Assembly (NCBI GenBank): GCA_030141605.1
Contig: JAQGDQ010000081.1
Span: 124,001-188,000 of the forward strand
Reading direction: 5' to 3'
DNA: 64,000 bases
Source: Tubiluchus corallicola
Taxonomy: Eukaryota > Animalia > Priapulida
The notes beneath the pieces were generated by a model. That model was not told the origin of the DNA. It was given only the letters and a program-made list of their open reading frames with translations, and ran no database searches. The position numbers and the translations under genes were made by a program. Positions 32,095 to 51,410 of the stretch are shown one piece after another; within the stretch, counting starts at the first letter, position 1, and the number at the start of each line of letters is the position of its first letter.

Positions 32095-34144
32095 CAGACA
32101 CACAATATATGTACAGTATATGATTATGTAGTTATTCACAAAATCAAATGTACCATTTTTGCCAAGATCCTCAGTTCTTCACCTTCATATTAATTTTGGG
32201 AATTAGAAATCAAGATAATTTATACAGATAAGCCAGCAGTAAGAACCCACACCAGCACGCATGCAGGCAAACACAAATACACACACAAAGTTCATTGACC
32301 ATTGAATAATTTGCTTAATAATGATATTTTGATGCATTCATACATCTGAAGCAAGCAAAGTATAAATAAATGACTCAGTCATGTTCCAGATACAACATAT
32401 GTACAACTGTAAATCATAAGGTCAAAGCATCCAAGATTAACAATAAATCCAATAATAATAGGCCTACATTCAAATAAATTTATATAAATTGAATGTCACA
32501 TGCAATATAAAATTATAAGCAAAAACTACATTACAAACTGAAACCAAACTAAATTTTACAAGCAAAAAGAGAAACAACTTAATACACTAAAGTGATTTCT
32601 AATGAACAGAAAAATGCATGCAATATAAACAATATATTGCAAACAACAAACAACAAGAATAATAAATAATATGTTAATTAAATAATATCTTAAAGTAAAT
32701 ATATTATTAATCAGTAAGAGTATTACCTAGTTATCTTTTATACTGCAAAATTAAAATCCTTTTAATATTTTCAATAAAGTAATAACAAAGGCACTGGCTA
32801 GAGGTACGGATCCGTACACGTCTTTTCTACGATATCAAATACGGATCCGTATTCGTAGCTATTTTCGCAACAAATATGGATCCGTGCTTTTTGTGACATT
32901 TGCAAAACATGCGGATTTTGACCATTTTAACGGCATACGGCGTTTGTCCATGTGCCCTGCTCATCATTGAAAAGTAGAGTCTCACTTCATGAAAATGGTG
33001 ATATGGCATTATACAGCCGTACTGTTTTTCTTCGTGATATAATAGTTACACTGTAAATATTACTTAGTCTCCTTTTATTATCTTGAAAATTGTTAGCTTC
33101 TATAGAGTGCTGTGTGTTGCATAAGCTACAAATTAATAATTTGTCTAATTTATCTTGTTTTTTGTTACAAAAAAACTTTCATATTTTGATGTGTAGTATT
33201 CTAGTTAGCAAGAGTATAAATCTTAGAGTGTTATGAATTTCTTAGAGTGTTGTAATATGACCTACTAGCCCATATTCTTTCTATAGTGTTGTGAATTTGA
33301 TAACTTACTAAACTGTATTTTTCCTCAGTTTGGGTTGTGATTTATTGACTTGTTGAACATAGCAAAAAATTTTAGTCTTTATGTGATATACACTAAGTCC
33401 AATCTATAAGAGCTGCTAAGTTGTTACATGCACCTGTTGCCAAAATTCATGTTGTGAATCTCATGCACATGCGGTGGAATGGCAGTGGATTTCTTTAAAC
33501 TGCCAAAAATCTAGTTAAAATATTGGAAACACTGATTAAGTGTTGAATAAGATGCTAAAGTTAATGAAAGAATAAAATTTAGTCTTAAAGCAGACAATAT
33601 CTATCTATATATATTCAATGTCAATCAATCGCAGATGCGGGTATTTACAGTTGTGGATTTTGCAGCTGCGGATAAACAAGAAAGTGATATCCGCTCGTCT
33701 CTGACGGCGATCCATAGTAGTTTCCCATCAATATCTTTTGCGGTACGGATCGATCCGTATTTTCTAGTGAATGCTTTCAAGACACGGATCCGTATTTTTA
33801 GTTGCTGCAGTCCGGATACGGTTCCGTACCTTTAGTCACTGGCAATAACAAAACCCTGATACTAATTCACTTGGCATGGTTCCATAATATGGCACCTCTA
33901 CATGCTAGAGATGTACCCTTTCATACGTTTAACAAGCATTTTATTAAGCACGAAGTCATTTCACTTTATGTCGGTAGCATGCACTTGCAAGGGTCCACAA
34001 AGTCTATTCTCTAGTGAATGTCAATTCTATTCTCTAGTGAATGTGAATTTTACTTGCCTCCACCATTGTGCAAGTCTGGAATGCCGTGAATATCAGCATA
34101 AAGCTGAATCCAAGAAGTATGATATTTAATGTTTTTGTATCCAT
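20438..34144 (-). CDS. MFSD11: UNC93-like MFS transporter MFSD11 (~430 aa)
   Basis: Exons (minus): 34144-34058 ([31 protein letters not shown] donor), 31281-31241, 31060-30953, 30546-30467, 29558-29462 (LWTAQG...[14 protein letters not shown]), 28229-28047, 27426-27395, 26922-26857, 26642-26517 ([16 protein letters not shown]), 25869-25698 ([11 protein letters not shown]), 25172-25109 ([13 protein letters not shown]), 24291-24220 ([12 protein letters not shown]), 20602-20438 (stop). Total 1293 nt in frame. Confidence 0.93.
21105..21278 (-). mobile_element. Possible tRNA-derived SINE (degenerate)
   Basis: Minus strand has A-box-like GGCCAAGTGAA (21270-21260) and B-box-like GGTTCGATAC (21219-21210) at tRNA-like spacing, without a full cloverleaf. 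Confidence 0.4.
21491..21623. repeat. Tandem duplication, 2 x ~67 bp
   Basis: GTTCTAGTTC(G/A)ACGTAGTTTTTAAAATTACAACT...AAATATGCCACTT at 21491 and 21558. Confidence 0.92.
22370..23128. mobile_element. Possible decayed TIR element
   Basis: CTTAAATCCAAAAATGCA at ~22375 and inverted TGCAAAAATGGATTTAAG at ~23105-23122. No clean TSD. Confidence 0.3.
29609..29641. repeat. (TA)n microsatellite
   Basis: Perfect dinucleotide run. Confidence 0.95.
31958..32092. repeat. (CA)n microsatellite with imperfect 5' part
   Basis: Long CA run. It explains the HT/CV-repeat ORFs at 31913-32193. Confidence 0.97.
32792..33841. mobile_element. Non-autonomous hAT-like element (~1.05 kb) in MFSD11 intron
   Basis: Imperfect TIRs CACTGGCTAGAGGTACGGATCCGTA / TACGGTTCCGTACCTTTAGTCACTG, with several subterminal ACGGATCCGT palindromes at both ends. 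Confidence 0.75.
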
Positions 34145-37134
34145 TGCTACAAAATCTAAAGTAAAATAGTAGGTTTTTTTTATATAATTATAAAATAAGA
34201 TGGAAAAAACATCGACAAGACAGTAAACGAATAGACGCCTATGAATACAATCAATATAAGAAACTTTCGCTTGATTTTCTCAGTTACCCAAAGAATGAGG
34301 ACCATAGACAATATGGAAATTTACTACGCAGCAGTTCCCGCTGTTAGTGTCGCCATAGTGGCACAGTATTACGGACTGTTGTTGTCAGGTACACTATAGC
34401 ACAAGATGTTCGCGCACCGGTGTCTACTGTAACAGATGAACTCATGGGCTTCACCAAAAAAATCCGGGCCAGTCGACAGGCGCTCATAACTTGCTAAGCA
34501 GTGAGTTGCACGAATAAAAATATCTTTCTAAATTTCCTGAGGATGCAACCTGGTAATTATCTCAAAATGCTAATTATAACACAGTTTTGTAACCTTTGAC
34601 TAAAAGTTAAATATTTGTACACTAAGCAAATACTGCAAGGCCTACATTTGTTTTTGGCGATTTATAGCAGCTGTTATATTTTTGAATATTATTTAAAGCA
34701 AGCATAAGGCAATAAGAATATTTAGTAGTTAAAATGAAAATCATGAAATGAAAATTAGTAGATTTATTTACAAAAGAAGTTAAGGACTTCTGCATTTACG
34801 ATATTACTCCTCTTTTTTATTGTCATAAACAAAAACTAACAAAACGAAACATCAGAGCTGTCATCCTAAGCAGCCGACATTGATCAAGTTAGGTCAAAAT
34901 CAAGTTACAGAATTCAGGTGAGAAGACAACATTAGAATCTGCAGGCAGGTCATAATACTTTATAATTATATCATGTGTAGACGTCACTTATATTTTTCAA
35001 GATTCAGTTAGGCTTACATCAAAGTAAATGTTCATTAAATACAGTTTGTTTACGTGTAAAAATGTACTTGTGTAAACGTACTAATAAAACGCCTGTGACT
35101 AAATCCACAGACAAGTCTTGATGAATAATTTATTTATTGATGGGCTTAAATTAAATGATTTTATATAGATCTAGGTGCTAAGGGCAATCAATTTATATTG
35201 TTAAATATATCGACTCAGCTTTATAGAATCTCTGTATGTAATAATGCATGCATCGTACATGTATATGAGTGTGTGTACATGGGTGTATTACGATGCCCTA
35301 GGCTTACAGTTATATGTACAATATATTAATACATTATAATATATGCGTAATTATAAAGGTTAATTGCAGGGCACATAAATGGGTGCAGTTTTTAATGTGC
35401 TAAATCCACCACCTCACATTGGAGTAAAACGACCAAGAAACAAATGGAAGAACAAAAGGAAAAGAAGGATCTCTCTCTCTCTCTCTTTCTCTCCCTCCCT
35501 CCCTTTCTTTCTCTTTAAGAGAAGGAGGGAGAGAAAAATCAATCAATGAATCAATAAAAGAAGGCATTACTTTTTACATAGTAGGCAGCCACCATCGTGC
35601 AATCAGCTAGCATCTTTCCTACTTACAAGAAAGCTGAAGAAGTATTTGCAAGTACATAATACAAACAGATTGCTACAACTGTTTTTCGTTTTCATAAAAA
35701 GTTTTTAATTTTTTTAAACTAATAATCGCTTTTATTTAAGATATTCTTCTTTTATTAAAACGCAAAAGTGATTTTGGCTTATCTAAACTGCGCGTTTGCC
35801 AACACTATTGGTAGATTTAATAATATTATGATTACAGGCAATGCGCTGCTCAAAAGTTTTTAATCGCCCACCGTTTGATGCCGACAGCGTAGCCACTAAT
35901 CGCAAAAACGAAATACGTAACAATTCCTAAACTTTGCAGTTAGCCGTGGGTTCGTGTAGATAAGCCATATTGAATGCATCCAAATCTAACATTCCGACAT
36001 CAGTACTTAATGCCATAATATTCTTTCACGGTATTTAATTACCCTTGAGTACAATATGAAACTCCTCAGTTTTGTTTTCGCTAAGTTGATTTCTTTGTTT
36101 CATCCAAATTCTTAATCAGTTTGATTAACAACAATTATAATTGTGCTACTAGTCTGTATCTCACAATCATATACATAGCTGCTACTAGTATTAGTAGTAA
36201 TACTAGTATTAGTTACTAATAAAACTAAGTAGCAGTATTTCAGTTTTTTATATTGAATTGAATTTGAGCTTTGCTGGAACTGTTCATTTAATGACGTCTG
36301 TATTTTCTTTTGTTTTGCCGAGATAATAATTTTATTTGCCTTCAGAATAATTATCACAGAATAGTAATTTAGTATTATAACAATAAGCTACAAAATTTTA
36401 GAATGGCGGGATGGCGAAAGACCAAACGGTCATCTAATCTGCCATCCCTAAATAGTGAGTCTACTAATTTCAGCATGGCGAGCAAATATTATTATAACAA
36501 AAATAAAGAATAGAAAAGGAAAATAAAAAATCAAAATTAAAATGATGGCAAACAATTATGGAAGATCTAATTATGCGTGAAAATTAAATTAGTAAAGCAG
36601 TATTCATGGGCAAAACTAACTAATTAAAAGCAAAATGCCTAGCAAATTGATCTGGTTAAATGCAATAGTGAGAACTAAAAAGAAGCAGATTTGCATGTAC
36701 CTGCAAGGCCATAGTGGTTTTAAACGAAATGAATAATAAAATTTAATAACAGTAACATATATCGACCAAAAATAGCTAATAAATTTAAGAAGGTAAGTAT
36801 CACTGATAAAGCAATCTGAAACTGTCTTTTATTATAATTATATTAATGATATTATAGAAAGACCATTTTATCAATCATATTAATACTATTCAAACCTGGT
36901 TATATTTTTTTAAAATTCGAGAGATGTGCCATTTATGATTAGTCTGTATTGAGTTTTAAATGATGTAAATGTATGGTAGATTAATACTGGTGTGATCATG
37001 TTGAACTTGTGCATTACTTATAACAAGAAAATTATTGTAAGTACAGATTTAAGTTGAATGTTAGTTAATTAAAGATGATACTATAAAGCAGTCGAGCAAT
37101 AAACAAGAAATAAATATCACCAGAATATTACCTA

Positions 37135-37459
37135 TTGGCGATACCACGTAGTTCTTTTCTGAAGACTCAAAAGAAGAAAAACATTGGCACTAGCAGCATT
37201 CTTGAAACTTATAAATGTCTCCTAGAGAAAGAAAAATGGTCCAGGAAGAACCATTTGGGGGCTTATGCCCTGAAGTTACCAGAATGTAGTCCACTTATTA
37301 ACGCTTTCCATGCATCAGTTCAACCGTCAAAGAAACCAAGAGGCGGCAGAGTACTTACATGGATGGAGTTCACTCAAAAAGATCCCAACGGAGCATCTCT
37401 GATTCTGGAGGATGCTTGACTTTGGAGAGTGACTAAGGACCAAGGCATTTGGCGGTAGA
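37135..37459 (+). mobile_element. 3' fragment of an RTE-like non-LTR retrotransposon ORF
   Basis: HLGAYALKLPECSP...KKPRGGRVLTWMEFTQKD...*LWRVTKDQGIWR matches the recalled RTE C-terminal pattern (WxGHxLR...KRPRGRP..TW...DL...DR..WR), with an in-frame stop. Confidence 0.65.
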
Positions 37460-38880
37460 AGGGTAAATGTGCAATATGGTTCGATGAATAAACACATAAT
37501 ATGATGATAATTTTTACATTAGGGAAGACAGTCCACTTGTTAAAGCTGTACAAAGTCATGGTGATAACGAATACACAACAAATATGCTCACATTACTACA
37601 TTCCTCAATGTTGTCCTCACCTCAGAGCAAATTATAATTGAAGATCTCTAAATGACGAACCCTGTCGCAAAAAGTGTTCTTAACGTTATAACCTGGAACA
37701 TAATAATCCGTTCTGAGCATAGGGGAAATAATGCTATAGTAGAGATGATAACAACATGATGAGACAAACTAAACGACATTTTGAAAGTTTCAACATACAT
37801 ACTTGTTGAAATATATTTCATTACACAGTGAACTGAAACATTCGTATCAAAAAAGCAGTAAAATACACCCAAAGATCATTGTGGATGACATAAAGTGTAA
37901 ATAGAGCTATAAACAGTAAGTAAACACCAGGCATTTTATTTAAGGGCACATGATAAACACAAAAAGAAGACAATGGTTTTAAATGAGCTTGCACAAGAAG
38001 GGAATATTTGGGCACGGGAAATTTAGACATGGAGACACTTCGGTACAAGACATTTAGGTACCAATAAAATCTAATGTTTACCCAATTTTTTATTTTTGTT
38101 TATTAAATTTTTAATATTCACTATTTTTCCAACTATCGCAATATTTGTTTTAAACCGCATCGCTAAATATTAAAGTACAATAATTAAAGCCAGTCAATTG
38201 ACTCTGCACTTTCTGGTTTTCCACTTTTAGTATTAATGTGTTTGCTAACTTTGCTTACAAATTGAACGCAGCAGAAAACGCTACAAATTTAGTTTCACAT
38301 TTTATTTCAACAATATCTAGTGCATCACAAAAACAGAAGTGCAAATGCAGCAAATCGCAAATCCGCTAACCTGATTATAAAGATAATGCTATGTGTAGTA
38401 TATTCATTCAGTACTAACCTTAGAAAAGTAGAACTAGTTTTATAGTTGTTTATGCTAGCTGCCAACTGGAAAACAACCGGATTAATTAATGAACAAACAC
38501 TTAGTGTGTGAGAATACAATATCAAGATTAACATATTTGTAGGCTTTTTGTTTATCTCTTGTGAAATGCATGAATCATGTTACATTTGCAGCAGTGCTTG
38601 TACACACGCTAAGCAACTTATAATTCTTTCCAGCTTTAATTACATGATCATAGTCATGATAGTAAAACTTTAAAGGTTCTAAGTTTGTAGACAATTAGGC
38701 AGTGAACTAGGATTCGCCCAATTTTAACTAGGCAGCATTGTAGGTGTGTAATAAACACAGAAACATATTCTTGCATGATGGAGTCACGTAGCAATACAGT
38801 GTGCATTGGTCACCAAATGGCAACACTCAGATGACCTGGCCCCGCATAAGAAATTTTTCAACACGTTAACATAGTCAACA

Positions 38881-39068
38881 TAATAACATCAGTTTTGTCT
38901 TGCAGGTGAGCTCAGCTGACATGGATTGCAGATGATATAATTCTAATAACATTAGGTTTGCTTTGCAGGAAGTAGGCCTAAATGGCATGGAACGCAAATA
39001 ATACAACGATGTAAGACATGTAACATCAACTTTGTTTTGCAGGAGGTGGATTCAAATGACATTGATTG
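38881..39068 (+). repeat. Three degenerate ~65-75 bp direct repeats, each containing a TTGCAG acceptor-like site, upstream of the mTERF-like ORF
   Basis: TAACAT(C/T)A..TTTG..TTGCAGG...TG(A/G)CAT at ~38884, 38947 and 39021. Confidence 0.7.
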
Positions 39069-39228
39069 GCTTTTCTACGACTCAAGCAGCAGTTTGACCT
39101 CAGACAGATGTGTTTTGGAATTGAAAATGTCTACATTGATTCGGTTAGTTTAATGTTCATATATCATTGTGTTAATTTTGTCATGTAAATGGGAAGAAAA
39201 GCGCTAGTTATCATACACCTCGAGAGTC

Positions 39229-40395
39229 ATGATATTCTTCTTTAAAACGACTCGAATTCTTATTGTCAAGAAAACATCTAAATGTTCGTTTCTCACTGGA
39301 CTCGTTTTTTCATATGACAAATACGTTCAGAAGCATACTCGATTTTTCTTTGCTTCACAGCCAATTCATTTTGTTGAGCAGAGTGAACCTGTTAGCAAAG
39401 CATCTTTAACAAACAAAGTGACTACAAGCTATAGCAGTTGTCATGTGCTTGCTCAGCTTATGAATGAGCCTACTCTTGGCAAGCTTGATGCAAGTAAAAT
39501 TGAGGATCGCTATCATCTGTGCTTAAACAACGGCATTTCCAACCAACTTTTGCTCACAAATAAATGGCTTCTTACGTTGTCTTGCCTTGAGCTGCAGAAA
39601 AAATTATCAGCTGCAACGCAGTTTGGAAAAATAAATGAGTACTCTTTTTCACTGCTGCAACTTGATAAGAAGGCACAGTATATGCTAACGAAAAAGGCGG
39701 AAAGTGGTGCAGATATCGCGGAACGATGTGCGATGCTGTGCAAGTTGTTAGAATTGTCTCTTACAGAATGTCAAAGAGCATTACAGAAACATTCTCGCTT
39801 ACTACTTCGAGATCCTCAGCATTTAGCAACTTTAGTCACTGTACTTGTTTCTTCAGGTATAACTTTAAAACAAATAAAGTGTGATCTTGCCGTATTAAGG
39901 TATTCGTACAATTTCATACACGACAGACTGGAGAAGATACATGGCATGGGTTTAAAAGACATTCCAGTGTGGCTTGTTAAAAAATCAGAAAACAGCTTTA
40001 ATGACTATATAAATCAGCAAAATTTGAGAAAACAAGCCATGCATGAAATTATGGGAAGTAATAAAGATGTGGCTGAATACTTGTCTAAGCGTCTCAGTTG
40101 TAATCGTACGGAAGTTGAAATGATGGCTGTTAAAGATCACACACTCTTACCTACCAATATAATCAAATTAAAGCAAATTATAGACTGGCTATTTGAAAAA
40201 GGATTCAAGCCTCGACAAATAATGCAACAGCCCCGTGTCTTGAGCCATAGTCTAAAACGAATTCAGGCTCGTTACAGAACGCTCGTTCAGTTGAAATTAC
40301 CAGTAGACAATATTAGTCAATTTTACATTCCGACTAAAGACTTCAATAAAATGATATTGAAAAAACGGAAGCGCTTGAAATGCGTCGGCTCGTAA
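39229..40395 (+). CDS. Mitochondrial transcription termination factor (mTERF)-like protein, intronless CDS, 388 aa
   Basis: Long ORF with a basic N-terminus lacking acidic residues (presequence-like). Leucine-rich helical repeats such as KLKQIIDWLFEKGFKPRQIMQQPRVLSHSLKRIQARY are typical of mTERF motifs. Confidence 0.8.
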   Translation: MIFFFKTTRILIVKKTSKCSFLTGLVFSYDKYVQKHTRFFFASQPIHFVEQSEPVSKASLTNKVTTSYSSCHVLAQLMNEPTLGKLDASKIEDRYHLCLNNGISNQLLLTNKWLLTLSCLELQKKLSAATQFGKINEYSFSLLQLDKKAQYMLTKKAESGADIAERCAMLCKLLELSLTECQRALQKHSRLLLRDPQHLATLVTVLVSSGITLKQIKCDLAVLRYSYNFIHDRLEKIHGMGLKDIPVWLVKKSENSFNDYINQQNLRKQAMHEIMGSNKDVAEYLSKRLSCNRTEVEMMAVKDHTLLPTNIIKLKQIIDWLFEKGFKPRQIMQQPRVLSHSLKRIQARYRTLVQLKLPVDNISQFYIPTKDFNKMILKKRKRLKCVGS

Positions 40396-40620
40396 GTTGT
40401 TTTTGTTTTTATCTTGATATTTGTTTTTTACCAAAATTTTGCTTTTCTTAGTCACCGAGCTGTCATACATGTATCTAGAACTTATAACCTAAAAAATAAT
40501 AGACAATCCAAAAGACATCGATGAAAAGACAAACAACAGCAGCCTAACAGTGCTTGAATTTTATGGTTGGACAGTACTAATTCCTGCAGTTAAAGTGGTT
40601 ATCTTATCTGTAGCCTTTTT

Positions 40621-40963
40621 GTATTTAGGACTTCACATAAGTGATTGTCAAATTGTATTGTTCTGCATGCTGTACAGATTTGCGATGCCTTACAATAAAC
40701 TCGTTTCGAATTAGCTAACATAGTTGCCATTTCTTACACCTAGCGGTAGTATGTAATGTCACTGGGCCATTGGCAAGAAGATAGAGATTTTGGTTAAAAT
40801 AAGTATTTAGGACTCCACATAAGTGATTGTCAAATTGTATTGTTCTACATGCTGTACAGATTTGTGGTGCCTTACAATAAAATTGTTTCGAATTACCTAA
40901 CAGAGCTTGCTATTTCTTACACCTTGTCACTAACATGAAGATTGAGATTTGGTTAAAATAAGT
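40621..40963 (+). repeat. Tandem duplication (~182-bp period) in the mTERF-like 3' region, each copy with AATAAA
   Basis: GTATTTAGGACT(T/C)CACATAAGTGATTGTCAAATTG...CCTTACAATAAA... at 40621 and 40803. Confidence 0.92.
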
Positions 40964-41685
40964 TCTATCAAAGAAGTACAAACCCGTGCTTAAAACTGCT
41001 TATGCTGAATGTCCAAATGATCCAAGTGGGTAATTCATTCAGGCAGCACTCAGCCAAGCCAGCAAGGCTAGCTGCAGTCTAGTCATAATTAGTACCAAGT
41101 ATTATAACAAACCAGATTACACTGCCTCGGTTATAATGCCAACATCATCATGACATTTTCGTATTGACCTGGTTTCTATCATGTATTAAATACATCAAAT
41201 ATTGCCATCCTCCAAGACAAAATGCAATTGACTCACTGCAACAGCTGCAGGCCAGTCAGAACTCACATCAGGCTTATGTATGTTAGGCCTGCAGTTCTAT
41301 GCGAGTTTTAAGTTTTGGTTCACAGATTTTCAGCATCTCTGCAATGGACTAGCGGTCATCAGTCAAAATTTAGTGATATAAAACTGACACCATGTACTGG
41401 TTGATACAAGGACCTTATGAGGCCTTTATTGGTATATTATATTTATTTTGTGTTATTTTTGCCGATTTACAATATTTTGCATGTTCTTTTTGTAATATTG
41501 AGATGGTTAAACAAGTGAACACTGTACATTAAACAGTTTCCACAACAGGAGCAAAACTTGTGCAGTGAACCACATCTAAACTAGTGTTTGCATCTCAACA
41601 AAAACAATGCAGCAAACAAAAAAGCAAAGAAAATCCTGTCAAAAATTTATTGAACATTTGCTTTTTGACTATAACATGTTATTTA

Positions 41686-50907
<9,222 letters not shown>

Positions 50908-51207
50908 CTTGTTTATCTAAAAATAAAAAGTAAATATTATTCAGCCGTGATATTAAAAAGACTGTAAGAACATTCCTTGCGGGAAGCCCACAAAGGTGTT
51001 ACTGTAGACACGCTCTTGTTCAGTTTAAACAAATTTCGAGTGCATTTTCAATAACGCTAGAGTGGCAATGTTAAATGATCTTTTAACTGTTACTTTTTAA
51101 GACAGTAAGAAAAAGTTACTTTTTATACTATACGAAAACACAGCAAACAACACAGGCAAGAAACAAAATTTTCAAAATTCTGTTAACAAATTAACCACAC
51201 AGCTTAC

Positions 51208-51230
51208 CGATGGCTGCCACCATAAAAGAG
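51208..51230 (-). promoter_or_regulatory. RPL10 non-coding first exon with 5' TOP (TCT) motif
   Basis: Minus strand TTTCC-CTCTTTT-ATGGTGGCAGCCATCG|GTAAGC: a pyrimidine-tract start typical of ribosomal-protein genes, then a canonical donor. Confidence 0.75.
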
Positions 51231-51410
51231 GGAAATACCCGGATGTGGCAACTTGCAAGTCACGCTATGTCACGTGACATATACACAAGTTAGCTACTGT
51301 AGGTTGTTGCAAGTAGGAGTATTTTATAGTGTTTTACACAAATTGTGTAGCCTTGCAAAGTACTTTGTATGAGAAATTTTACTGTAGTGTTACAATTGCT
51401 TGCCAGCTGA
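51231..51410. promoter_or_regulatory. Bidirectional promoter RPL10/SNX29
   Basis: About 180 bp between the RPL10 TOP and the predicted SNX29 ATG. Contains the 14-bp palindrome ATGTCACGTGACAT (51267-51280), ACTTGCAAGT and ETS-like CCGGATGT. Confidence 0.7.

Noticed and set aside
36701-36740. LFISFKTTMALQ|GT as the first MFSD11 coding exon
   Set aside because: In-frame stop upstream. 34144-34058 matches the family N-terminus much better.
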